The position numbers and the translations under genes are program-made. Shown piece after piece: positions 1-12,109 of a stretch of DNA of 64,000 bases (the stretch's first letter is position 1; each line of letters starts with the position of its first letter). The DNA lies in the NCBI RefSeq assembly GCF_036321535.1, contig NC_087436.1, positions 43,402,001 to 43,466,000 on the forward strand. The letters run 5' to 3'. Source of the stretch: Camelus dromedarius. Its lineage: Eukaryota. The notes under the pieces were generated by a model that saw only the letters and a program-made list of their open reading frames with translations, searched no databases and had not been told where the DNA came from.

Positions 1-1959
1 TGACCCAGCAGTGCACAGGTGTGCAGCCCAAAGCCACACCAAAGTACTAGGACAGAGGAATGATTTGTAAGTATACACCTCTGTGATAGTCTTCCCCTCT
101 TCATGCTGAGGCAGAACAGAACTAATTCCGACAGGCTATTCATGAAGTATATTCTTTGGCCATTTAAATATCAGCTTTTGAACAACTTTTCTACATAAAT
201 GACGATACATGATAAATCACACTAAGGCTCAGTTGCATAGACAATTATTAAGTATACTTACTATGTATGGTTCATGACAGTAACATACACATACCAAATT
301 CATATGTAGATCTCATCTTCTGAATGTGACTGCTCTAAGAGGACACTGAAATGATTTACTGTCAGTTACACAGAAAATACCAGACAATTGTGACAGGTGA
401 AACACAGATTTGACTGAATGTGAGAAAACTCAAGCAGATATTCATACTCATCTAAATAAGCCAATAGGATGGGTAGTTCTCATTGTTCTAACAGCATCTC
501 TAAACTACTGAATGCAAAGTGTCTGTACTTGTTCTAGTTTTTTTTCCTTCCTGATTTTCATTTTAAAATATTGGTCTTTAGGTCTGTCGCCTCCCCCTCT
601 GTGCAGTGATTATAGTGAGACAGTGCTATAAAATAAGAGAGGAGGGCATCTTGCCACCACACCCTCTGAATTCAGGGCAAATATTTAGAACACCTAGGAA
701 AAGGAATCTTTGGGGATACACAATATATGAAAAGAGAACTGAAATTCTGACACAGAAAATACCAAAGTTCTCATATACAATTCCCATAATGTTTTGCTTT
801 TTTAAATTTTTCAATAATTTTTTAAAAGTTAGAACACCCTGCCCTAAACTGACTCAGTTTGCCACGTAGAGATATTTATGGTCAAAGATCAGCATTATGA
901 TAAATTATTACATTATTACACTAAAATACCTGTAAAAAGGTATCACTTAACTAGCACTTGGTGAAACATCCTAGAATGGTCCACCTTTCATTTTCAACTT
1001 CTTCAAACTTGCAAAAGCCACACAGATCCTAATGCATGTTTCTGTTTTCACAGTTTTATTTCTAAAACACTCCCTTACTTCTTTCTCTTTAATTTGGAAT
1101 GCTCTCTGAGCTGGCAATGGTTATAATTATCCTAGAAGGTCAAAGATGGTCAGAGGTAAAGTGATTGGTCTGATGAAGATGGACAAAGACCACGTGCATT
1201 AACCTGTAGACAAACCAGGCAAGCGGAAAAAAGGGAAAAGTCGTGGATTTCACATTCTAGGATCTGAAAATCCAACAGGAAGGACCTGGCTACTTGGAGC
1301 AAACTCAAAAGTATGCCAACACACAAAGTGGGCTAACCTAATACAGATACAGCAATAACCAAATGATAAAAGCCTTTTTCAGCTAATATGTACAGTCTTA
1401 GAAATTCCTGTATGAGTGTTCTAGGTAATTACCGTCCTGAGTTAACCATATTAGTGTCTCTTAAGGTAAAGGCAGAAGTTGATTATTTGTACAGTTTCAA
1501 AAAGGGTTTCTATTAGATCGAGATGCCTTGTTAATTTGGAGGCTTATTGACTGGAATTTACTACTGACTACAGAAATAATGTATAAACATGAATATATTT
1601 GAGGCAAGGCATCCCAGATAAGATGAGTGGGATTAGAGAGATACAAGCTATAGGACACCAAGTAATCACCCAAATGAGATGGACTCCAAAATGTAAGCCT
1701 ACAACTGACCAAAGCTCAGAGCACCCACAAAGTTCATAACTGTGAACCACAATAAACGTCTCAATAGTTTCCTAACCTTTAATGTGACTTGTAATTATAT
1801 GGCCGGGACTAACCCATCCAGATTGTCTGTGTATCCCCTTCCTTCATACCCAAGTATTAGCTGAAATTCAAGGCTCAGGGCTATTGCTCACCCACTCGTA
1901 TGGCTTAATGTTTTGACAAAATCACACTGCTCTCTTGCTCTTCTCCAGGCTCCTGTTGG

Positions 1960-2185
1960 TACTTTCAGCAATATACACTGTAATAATCATTACTTATAAT
2001 ACTTATAGGTATTACATAATACTTATAATATTTCTCTGGATTGGACATTTTGTGGGGAAGAAATGTCTGCTCAATCAGATTATAAACTCCGTGAGGGTAT
2101 CAATCATTGACTCTCAGCCCAGCAATGTCATAGCAGCTACTGCAATGCGATATACCTAGCAAACCAATACAAAATTACTGAATTA
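1960..2185 (+). mobile_element. L2 3' end remnant
   Basis: agattataaactccgtgagggtatc...cccagcaatg resembles a degraded L2 terminus. Confidence 0.45.
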
Positions 2186-3308
2186 AAGGAGCTTTCCTAT
2201 GTGTCAGGAGAAAACATCTAAATTAAACTGAGTTAAACAAGCTGATTCTTAGAAATTGAAACTCATTAAGCAAATGTTAGAAATTAAGGTCTTTGTCTTA
2301 ATGAGCACAAACACAAATTAGTGGGTAGAAGAAGATGGCAGTTTTCTGCAAGTTACCAGAAAAACATGAATAAAAACCTGGTCTGGTAACTAAGTCGAAG
2401 CTTACCCTCTAGATTTAGGTGTATCGTTAACTAGAACCGTTCTTACCGTCTCCCTCCAGCTTTTAAAAATTGACCCTCCCTGAAGGGTTGGCAGGTATTA
2501 ATGGATTTCAAAGAAAAGAAATATCCTATCATATTTACTTGGTCTCAAGTATTTCTATCAAAAGATTGTCTCGTTTGGTAGCAATTCCAACTCTACCCTT
2601 CCAAAGTAAAAGGAAACTGAGATGATACATTGATTTGTTGTGATGAATCCTGCTAGTGCCCACTGAGATAAAAATAGGCAGTGGTTTTGTTTCTGCTCCC
2701 AACAGGAATTGGAACAGCATACAAGCAGGAAAGAAATCAAGCTAGAGACACATTTATCATTTAGTGGACTCTGAATCGGGACAAGGCAGTAACAAATACA
2801 GATTAAAAATCTGCGATTCTATTTCAATACGCAATCACTTGTCTCTTTAGAAACTTTATCGAGAAGCAAAAAGAAATCTCAAACACTTCAGAAAAAAGTG
2901 TATCAAAAAGAGCCTTGCACAGAACAATTACTGAGAATAGCACACTCACAAAGTTCCTCAAGAGAATGATTAGAACTCAAATTGTGAAAGTAGGATCAAC
3001 TTTTTTTGCTAGCTTAATGCAATATGCCTAACCCACATGAAGATGCCTGTTTACTTCTTTCGCTGTCTCCTTCATTTTTGTGGATTTTCAAAGCCCAGTA
3101 CATTGTCTGTATAAACTAAAAGAAACAGCCACACCAATATGTCACAAAATGTAATGAAAGCAAAAGGAGGGACAAGAGAAGTCCTGCTTGGAAGAAAATT
3201 ATGGACAGTTGAGAAAGAAACCCATTTTATGTATTCTTCCCAGAGATTAGAGTGAGCATTTTGAAGAATGTGATCAACTGATGAAACATAGGGAGCAACA
3301 TTGGAGGA

Positions 3309-3477
3309 GGAGGAAGGTACAGCTCAGTGGTAGAGCGCATGCTTAGCACGAGGTCCTGGGTTCAATCCCCAGTCCTTTAAAAAAAATAATAAAAATAAAA
3401 TAAATGAATAAATAAAACTAATTACCTTCCCCCCAAAAAAACAAAACAAAAGATTTTTTTATAAAGATTAAAAAAAA
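3309..3477 (+). mobile_element. tRNA-derived SINE (camelid Vic-1 type)
   Basis: A-box agctcagtggtagagc, B-box gggttcaatcccc, ctaattaccttcccccc module and A-tail. TSD attggagga at 3300-3308 and 3478-3486. Confidence 0.92.
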
Positions 3478-3667
3478 ATTGGAGGAAAAAATCTGGAGGC
3501 TATCTTAGAAGATGAGGCTATAGATAGCTTAGAAGCTTTGCAAGAGACACAGGAATAGCTTAGCATAGAATAGCTTAGCATCTGGTTTCCATGGGAGAAA
3601 CGGTTCAAAATATGTCACTTGTTGATTGGTGAGAAAACTGCCTATCATTTCTCCAGCACCATCTCTA

Positions 3668-3778
3668 CATGAGGTCTCTGAGTCTCCAGTTCCTCATCTA
3701 CAAAACTGGGATAATAATACTCAACAAGAGTTATTTTGAAGATTAAATGAGATGGTATATGTGAAGCAGTTCTAGGTT
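3668..3778 (+). mobile_element. MIR
   Basis: MIR core: ctctgagtctccagttcctcatctacaaaactgggataataata...gattaaatgaga. Confidence 0.8.
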
Positions 3779-3940
3779 CTAGGGGTAGAATAAGGGGGAA
3801 AATTCTTTCTCTTTCTGTTGCTGTTGCCATCTAGGCTTAAAAGAAACAAATGTAAGGGGAATCTAACACATCTAATTGAAATAAGAGATTCTTCTTTCTA
3901 AAATAGCTCTACTTCATGCCTACCGACCACATTCTAATGC

Positions 3941-4097
3941 AATGGTTCTAAACTCTAGAGCACATAAAAAACAGTGGGGAGCCTGTTAAAAATCTCCAAA
4001 AGTGACTGCACAGATCTAAAGTGTGTCCTAAGGATTTTATTCTTTTAGCAGACAACCCAGGTAATTCTGGTAGTTGTGGTCAGCAGATAGCACTTTA
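3941..4097. mobile_element. hAT-Charlie MITE, MER5-like
   Basis: caatggttctaaact terminus, gagcctgttaaaaat and cccaggtaattctg motifs typical of MER5. Confidence 0.6.
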
Positions 4098-5577
4098 CTC
4101 TAAAAAAGATATTATAGGATTAGTATCTAGCTATTACTCACATATGAAATTAGCATGAAAAAAATCAGTATTATGAAAGTGGGTCAAAAGAGATGTAAAC
4201 AGAGACAGACATAGAAAGGAAATCACAGAATACCAGGTTGTAAGGGATTTTTCCATCCAATAAAAAAATTTCCATCATCTCTGACAGATGGTCATTTAAA
4301 ATACCTTCAGTGATGGGGAATTGCTGTCTTCAGGCACACATGTTATTTTGGGTTATAAACTGATGTAAAATAGAGGGTCAATCATAAGTTTTTGGAAAAT
4401 GAAGAAATGGGGATATTATACATGAAAGACTTTGCAGACTTGACTGAACAAGACAAGGCACCAAATAAATTCAGGACTAATTGGACTGCAAGATAACTTG
4501 AATATCCAAATGTTGGATCTGCTACCTGATTCCACTAAAAAAGCCAAGCTTTCTGTGGCTGCTGTAAAAATAAACCTTTACTATGTCTCTCATTCATATT
4601 TCAATGATGTATCATTTCAATCACACATCTGGTACCACTCTCAGCTCCCCATTTAGGCAGTGGCAAGTGAACAGCAATAAAATTATATAACACCAAAATA
4701 TTTTTGCACTGCTCATAAATATTTTAAAACAATGCTCCAGATCAAAACTTCTTAAATGAATATTGGATATCCTATCTTATATTCTATCTTACAGAATTCT
4801 ATCTTATAACTCTGTCATCCTAGCTTATAACTCTGTTAAAAACAATAGTACTTACTTATATTTTAATCTTTATATAGCTATTCCACCAAATGAGGAAAAT
4901 GGAAATAAAGCCACTTAATTATTTACCTGTTTTAGAAGAACTCACAAAGCCTAGTGGTTTCACACAGCTCTGTCACGTGTGACTGATGCTCAGGCATTTC
5001 CATCATCCTTTATGCAAATTATCAAAGGCTCCTAGAGCTGTTCCAGTGCAAACCCACTGCCATGTCATTGATACATAATTGGAAAGTGTCAATTACTGAA
5101 CACTAATATGGCCTTGGACTATTTTAATCTAATCTGCCAAAATAGTGTCCAGAAGAAGAAATTTTTATAGAGTCATCTGGGATTTAGAATAGGCTAAAAA
5201 TCCACCCTGATATATTTTACACAGGTCCCAATGCTTCCTTGTAGTCCAGGATTCAGGTGAGAGTTAGAGTAGTTCCCATATCCTCTCCTCCACTGAACCA
5301 TCACTGGAACACCAATCCCAAATCTGCACTTTAGGCAATATTTATTTGTGTGAAATAACTGAGCCTTGAGGAAACGATTTTGTTAAAGTATTAGATGAAA
5401 AGGTTTCTTGAGCAAAAAAGCTATCTGATTTGTTTTCCTTGGACACTAAGGAGCATCCAGTAGTAAATCTGTCTCTCTCTCTCCAAAGGGTCTTTGTGTT
5501 CAAGCTTGAGAAAGAGAAAAGCAGCTGCTGACATCCAGGAGCTGGCCTATTACTATCAGCTTGACCTTGGTGTTCAC

Positions 5578-6037
5578 TGTTGAACGTAAATAACTTCACA
5601 GAGCATCATCATCAGATCAGACCACTCTGTGACCATGAAGGAGCAGGACAAAAATGGCATCACTCCCTTATCATGTCTAAATACAGACAAAACATGAACA
5701 TTGTCCAAGCCAAAACTACCAGACACCCACTTCTCTTGCTAACTGAAAGACTGCTGCTTCTTTACCAACTACAGCTTTAGTCTGCCATCCTAGAGATCAG
5801 ATTTATTGGGATACAAGATCCTAAAACTGTTCCTGCTTTCTGAGAGCACCCAACCCAGAGTGAACCCCCAGTTTCTTGGACTCTCCCCCAAATCACTCAT
5901 TCAAAGCCCAAATCTAGTGAGTGGTTGCTAACTCGGCTCCTCATGATGTGCACCCTCCATCACTGCAGTGAGTCGTAACTCCAAAACAGCCAACCCCTGG
6001 TGTGTTCCCGGTGGTCTTCTCATGGCGGGCATTGACA
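5578..6037 (+). mobile_element. Solo LTR, ERV1-like (MER67/MER89/MER90 group; subfamily uncertain)
   Basis: TGTTGAAC...TTGACA termini. Internal ccactctgtgaccatga, acagacaaaacatgaacattgtcc and gactgctgcttctttaccaa motifs. Confidence 0.7.
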
Positions 6038-6690
6038 AGCTCAGTTACTGAAGTCAGAACAGACATTCTTAAGAAAAGCTGAAAGAATTTCTGTCTTCCA
6101 GATACTAAAATTCTAATATAAAATAAACTCTTTGAACTTATTTTCTCACAATGTGGGTTTTGTGGCAAAGGTCTCTTTAGTTCTGTCCCTCAGAAGAATT
6201 CCTTGTGTGAAGTATAGGATAAACAAGAGGATTATGGCTCATCTGTTAAATATTTACTTGAGGAAGAGGCATGTATTCAAAAAATATGACTCAATGTGTA
6301 AGATCAACACCCAGGCCACAGTGATCCTGGTGGTCCACAATCCTGGATGCTTATGTAAAATCCTACAGTGGATTCAATACGAACCTCTCATAGAAAAACA
6401 GACAATGGAATCGAAGTGAGATGACATTGACTTTGCTCCAATTCTTCGACTTTCTTTCTCAGTTTTCATCCTTATTAGGGATGCTTATCTCTTGATTATT
6501 ATTTCCTTAACAAAGCACATTTAATGGTCTATTAAATTTACCAGGAGAGGGGATTATATTGTATTTTGTGGCTTGGACAATTTAGAAGTTTCTAAATATG
6601 AAAATTTAAGTTGCCTGCTATGCAAAAGATGTGAAGTGGGAATCTAAAGACCTAGGGTACATTTATGTAAATCTGAAGAATTTATATGAG

Positions 6691-6794
6691 GGGGTGGGTG
6701 AGTATAGCTCAGTGGTAGAGTGTGTGCTTAGCATGCACGAGATCCTGGGTTCAATCCCCAGTACTGCTATTAAAAAATAAATTAATTTTAAAAA
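6691..6794 (+). mobile_element. tRNA-derived SINE (Vic-1 type, short-tail form)
   Basis: Full tRNA-like head. 15-bp TSD aagaatttatatgag 6676-6690 and aagaatttgtatgag 6795-6809. Confidence 0.93.
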
Positions 6795-7014
6795 AAGAAT
6801 TTGTATGAGATAAAAAGTTTCCAATTATAGACTATAACTTTCAACATTTTGAAAAATGACTACAAGCCTTTGCAAAGTACCAGTATTATATTCTACCTCT
6901 CTCTAAAATATAAGTAGACTTTCCTTCTACATGGTTTATTCCAATAAATAATTTCTGTTTAAGGGAACAGCAACAAAACCTTAAAGTTACTATCATCGAC
7001 TACATACTGCTCTA

Positions 7015-7170
7015 AAAATTTTATATACATTATTTCCAAACCTTACAAAATACCGAAAGTATACATAATTATTCACATTTTACAGATGAAGACCTGGATC
7101 AGAGAAATTGATAGGCTCCAAACACGCCATATAAAGGAGAGTTAAGATTCAAACCCACTTACACCTGACT
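7015..7170 (-). mobile_element. MIR
   Basis: cattttacagatgaaga...agattcaaaccca. Confidence 0.65.
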
Positions 7171-7197
7171 TGCCCAGCTGAAGGATGTTTAAACACC

Positions 7198-7220
7198 TGT
7201 GTGTGTGTGTGTGTGTGTGT
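7198..7220. repeat. (TG)11 microsatellite
   Basis: Direct reading. Confidence 0.98.
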
Positions 7221-9057
7221 TTTCTTTTGGAGTGAAATTACTTTTAACTCTCAAACTGCACCGTGTTTTAACAGCTCATTTAATACATGCCTTTTCATGT
7301 ATGCACAAACATACACCACACATTCAAAACTTGCTATTAATTGCTACCATTTTGACTGCAAGTTTGGAAAAAAATTTGCTCCTAAAATAAATATGTTTGG
7401 GAAAATGGAGCTTTAAAAATATTAGTTATCACACATGATAATTTCATCTTCTTAACCCCGTCAGATACTTTAAGATGCCTTAGGTGTGTGAATTTAATGC
7501 CATCACTCAGAGCTTAAAATCTCCTTGAGATACATTCTCCACCCTTTTAAGACTTCTGAGTATATTGTTTCTAATACAGCACAGGGACTTCAGAGAGAAA
7601 TGAAGAGAATTTTGAAATGATATTGTGAATGCAAGCAAAAATTCCCTTTTCCTTTCTTTTTCCCTATCTCTTGCTCTCCTCTTTTCTAATTGTTTTTTCT
7701 TTAAAAGAAAAATGTTGCTCAATTAGGCAACATTCTATAAAATGCCCTCCAGGTCTGGGGGATCCAGAATCCCTAGGTACAGAAGGACATTCTGCCAATG
7801 TTCCCACCTGCCCTGAATTATCCTTTAGCCTTTATCAGATTGCATCACTATCTTCATGCTATTATTTAAAAACTGTCATATGTGGGCATGCTTATTTTCA
7901 TCAAATTACATGGCATTGTGCAAATATACTAATCCCTTGTTTGCTAATGCAATGATTTTTTAAATAGAGGTTCTGAATTATTTTAGTTTTTTTTGAAACA
8001 TGAGACATTTAGTACATCAGAGATCTATCATTGTGAAGCACAATGCAATCTCAACATTATCAAAATAAAACATACTCATTTGCTCAGGATCCTTATGTTT
8101 TTAACCTGCTCATTCAAAACCCCAAACCATCTACTACTGGAATCCATTTACATGAGAATCACAGATCCCGCCCATATTATTGACTCAGGGAATAAATGGA
8201 TTTTAGGAGACTATTTAAAAGGCATCTCCTTCGGAGGTGGGGCTCAATCGGCTCTGTAAGGCTGCAACAGTTTACCAGGATTCAGGCCATAAAGAAAGAA
8301 GTGCTGGCATTGGGTGGGGCTGAATAGTTTACATTTTCCCCACTGTTTCTCACTGGTATCATTTTCATGAAAATCAAGGGTGTGGAATGTGTGCCAGGGT
8401 AAGAAATCCTACAGACCGCTTTGTGTGCCCAACAGCCCCCACCCCATAATATCATTAGCCGTTTATTTTAATCAGTGAATGAGCTGTCTGTCACATTAGT
8501 GTCTGGGAAAACTGCAGAGGAGCTAAGCAAACCAAAGAAAATATCATGCTGGGGATTATATTTTCCCTGTCACAACAGTCTTTTCTCCTTAGGAAGAAGA
8601 CACTTTGCATGGAACCAAAAGGCATTTGCTGTCTAGCCATCTCAAGATCATCACAGAGCAAACACATCTGGCCCCAAATCTTCCTTTTGCTTCCCAATTC
8701 ACCTTGCTTAACACTTCCTTTGAAACACACCCATTCTAAAAATAAAATGACCCTCTCTGTACCCAATTAACACCAAAGGCATCCAGCAGTGGCCACAATC
8801 CTCAGTAATCCACATGCCGAACACACCTTATCTCCGCTCACTTCACCATGCTCCAGTCCACGAATCCATTATGAATCATGGTCCCTTTCCTATTTTCAAA
8901 AAGCAGCGTTTGCACCTGCCTCTTTAAACAGCAATGCTTGGCACTGATATACTCTATAGTTACTCACAACACTCCACGGATTCTAAAGCCTCACTGACAT
9001 TACACGCTCACAGACACACACCCCTATATACAGACATTCCTAATTCCAGCAATTTAC

Positions 9058-9141
9058 CTTTTTTGGTCTTTTTCTTCTCTGACTACCGCCATTGAACTTC
9101 TCCCCACTGTCGCTTTTCTGAGCTGCATCTTCGTTCATCAT
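9058..9141 (-). CDS. ANK2: Ankyrin-2 (ankyrin-B), first coding exon of the canonical isoform (28 codons, phase-0 donor)
   Basis: Minus-strand translation gives [28 protein letters not shown], matching the human ANK2 N-terminus as I recall it ([28 protein letters not shown]) except at residue 19. It ends in AAG|GTAAAT (GT at 9057-9056). Start context is ttcaaaATGA with A at -3. Too short to appear in the ORF track. Confidence 0.97.
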
Positions 9142-9285
9142 TTTGAACAGTTTGGAAATAAAATAGCTCTGCCATTAAACCCTGCCGCCTGTACAGACCA
9201 CTAGCGAGGATGCACTTACTGGAGGAAAGCAGGAGGAGGAGGAGGGGTGGGGAAGGGGCGCGCGCTGGGAGGGTGAGGACGGCGA
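9142..9285 (-). other. ANK2: ANK2 exon 1 5'UTR (upstream boundary and TSS approximate)
   Basis: GC/CpG-enriched, pyrimidine-rich leader directly 5' of the ATG. The TSS cannot be fixed from sequence alone. Confidence 0.7.
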
Positions 9286-9460
9286 CGTTGCTATGGCAGC
9301 AGCTGCCACAACTGTTTATCTGACTGCATTGTTAAATCTGATTCAACCAATTACCGCCAGGGACGGGTTACAATGAAGAAAGCCTTGGGGGAAAAATGCC
9401 AGGGACTCGAACAATTTGGGGACTCTGCTGGTTAGTTTTTGACACACCCGCATTCGATCA
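9240..9460 (-). promoter_or_regulatory. ANK2: ANK2 proximal promoter
   Basis: Strongest local CpG enrichment in the window (GCGCGCGC 9258-9265). Contains an X-box-like GTTGCTATGGCAGC 9287-9300, E-box CAGCTG 9300-9305, GATA (TTATCT) 9316-9321, SOX CATTGTT 9327-9333 and CCAAT 9347-9351. No canonical TATA box. Confidence 0.75.
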
Positions 9461-9898
9461 GCTCTCTCCACCCACACACAAAACCTGCACTTAATTTTCT
9501 TGCTACAGGTACTTCAACACAGAACAGACACAATGCACAATGAGAAAACTCTAACACCCTTGCCTGTGTGTCAACCTGAAGAGGTACATTTTAGCCGGTG
9601 AAGAGGCTACTCAAGGAAAAGGATTAGCTATTCGTATCCTAAAGTAAATGTAAAAGTTACATTTTTAAGATGTTATTCACTTGATTCCAGGGGATAATTG
9701 TTCAAAACTCAGCTCAAGGATGACTTCTGTTACAAAGCCTGGACAACAGGCTCCCCAGCAACCAGGTGACACAGACCACTCCCTCCTCTGTGCCTCCTCT
9801 TTTCACTGAACGCTTCTGACAGAGCACCTGTAACACTGCACAACTGCACGTTTACCCAGATGTCATTTCTTGACAGGCCAGGAACTTCTTGAAGCCAG

Positions 9899-9901
<3 letters not shown>

Positions 9902-9977
<76 letters not shown>
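9902..9977. repeat. (GT)38 perfect microsatellite
   Basis: 76 bp of uninterrupted GT. Confidence 0.99.
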
Positions 9978-9978
<1 letters not shown>

Positions 9979-11056
9979 AGGGGAGATCACTGAATTTCCA
10001 GGAACCAAGCACAATGCAAAGGCATATTAAAGACAAGTTAATGAAGTTTTGTCGAACATATAAGTACGACATCTCAGGTAATACAAATATAAGAAAGCTG
10101 TGGAGTTAAAATATGTTATAACTGATCTTACAAATCTTCCTAACCTAATTTTCTTTATTAACTGATGAATAAAACACAATTCCTGATGTTAAGGTGCTTA
10201 TAATATAAAGTTCCAGAATTCTTCTTGATAAGAAAAGAAATCAGGGCTTGTTTTTATAACAAGAAACACAATTTCATCTACTGGATTGAGGTGGCCCTAT
10301 TTGTGTATTTATACATGTTAAATTGTAGATGCAACCCAACATGTTTTGTACAAATACACATATATGCACACTGAATATGCATCCCTCTTCCTAGAAAACA
10401 ACTCAAAGTATAACACACAGAATATTTAAATGTAAAACCTGAGTAAGGATTAAACCAGTGAGATAATATATACAAATACCCTTTGAAAATGGAAGGCACT
10501 TATGTAAATGTGTCATTGCTATTGCTAATCTTATGATTACTACCAATACAGGTAATTTTCAAGTCAGAAAAGCCTATTTAAAAAATGCTTCTCACATGAA
10601 AACGGCTACCAAAATTGGGAGTTCATCTTTCTAGTAAATACAGCAAGAAAACACCTTCTTCCCTCACTGCTGTTGAGAGGGCTTTTTCTCTCTGCCTTTC
10701 TGCCCCGAAGACCCTGGCCACTTCCCCATCTGGGGTCAATCCTGTCCTGCTGCCTCTCATTCCCTCCACCCTCCTTCTGCTTGAGCAGACCGATCCCACC
10801 AGTCATGCCTGGATCCCACAGACAGGAGAGAGGCAATAGGCCTCTGTTTTTCCAAAACAAATCCCTAGAGAAACTTTCACAGCAGCCTCTCAAAGCCCAG
10901 CCCCCACTGCTGTCAGAGCCCTCACCAAAGTCCCCCCTGAAATCCTGCTACTCCCTCGCTCCCCCTCACTCCAACCCTCACTTACTCCCTCACCCATCCC
11001 CATTGCGCCTCCCTGAACTTGACCTTCTTAGGAGCACCCTCAGCCTGGAAACTGGA

Positions 11057-11420
11057 TTGATTTACTCAATAAACATTTATTGAATGCCTACCTTGTGCCA
11101 GGAACTAAGCACTAGGGACACAGCGCCCTAACCACCAGGGACAGAGTGGTGAGCAAAACAGGCAACGTTTCTGGCGATCGTGGTGCTTCTGTTCTAACAG
11201 GGGCACTAGACAGTAAACAAGAGGAATAGTGGTCAGGGCTACGGGGGAGACAGCAGGATAGAGAGAGATGACAGGCAGATGCCAAGTAGATACGGCGCTG
11301 AGGAACGCTCTCTAGGAACCTGAACAAGGTGAGACACCCAGCCAAGCAACTATCTGGAGGGGGACTAGTCTAGGCAAAGAGAAAAGCAGGTCAAAGGTCC
11401 TGAAGTGAGCACTTCTTGTC
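11057..11420 (-). mobile_element. L2 (L2a-like) 3' end
   Basis: tcaataaacatttattgaatgcctaccttgtgccagg...ctagggacacagcg is the reverse of an L2 terminus. Confidence 0.8.
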
Positions 11421-12109
11421 AAACGTGTTAGAAAAACTATGACATCCAAAGGCGGAAAAGAAGGGAAAGGAAAACTTTTCTAGCAACTGGAACTACAGGA
11501 GAGATGTGTTTACTAACACTCTTCATTCTCATTTGATGCCAGAATGTGTTTTTCAATCAATGGGTTGGGTAGCTCGGTTAGGAACCTAATCATTGTTTTT
11601 ACATCACCTTTACAATGTAAATCGCAAACAGATGTACTCATATTTCACTACTTCATGAGTCAGCAACTTCTGATTATGTTTGATCAGCCTCTTAAAACAG
11701 TGCCTCTTTGTCCACACCCAAATATATAGAACACGGTTTAAACGCTCTGATGCAGGCCTCCAATTTTGACAACGAGCTACCACCTCCTGGCCGCTCCTTC
11801 CAAAATATTATACAATATACCTTCTTTACAGAGTGGATGTACTGTACACATACTAGACCAGCATATCATAGAGGTAAACACCTCTATTCAAAGTGTAAAA
11901 TAAAGATCTCAGCAAGTAGATAAACAGGTGCTAGTAGCAATACATTCATTATAGGATTAGAAGATATACTTTACATATAAAGAGCATGCCAATCACCTGT
12001 GGTGGTGGTGTGAGTGTGTTTCTCTGTTGAAGCTTTCTATCAGTTTCTCTGTGTCTCTCTACTGGAAATTCTTCCCCTTCTGTCCACGTGGTGCAGGCTT
12101 TCATGGGCA

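Larger units (their letters stand above)
1..9057 (-). other. ANK2: ANK2 intron 1 (5' part; continues beyond the window)
   Basis: Follows the exon 1 donor. I could not find the next exon (SDSNASFLRAARAG...) in the window. Confidence 0.9.

Noticed and set aside
3553..3581. Small tandem duplications (also 4770-4835 and 57723-57759)
   Set aside because: Ordinary slippage products with no spacer-repeat structure.
9730..10109. ORFs with HT/CV dipeptide runs (also 7199-7416)
   Set aside because: Translations of GT microsatellites.
10673..11083. 136-aa Pro/Leu-rich ORF
   Set aside because: C-rich composition, non-ATG start, ends in an L2, no recognisable homology.
12080..12098. REST/RE1-like ctgtcc-acgt-ggtgcagg
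   Set aside because: Spacer is 4 nt instead of 2 and one half-site is mismatched.
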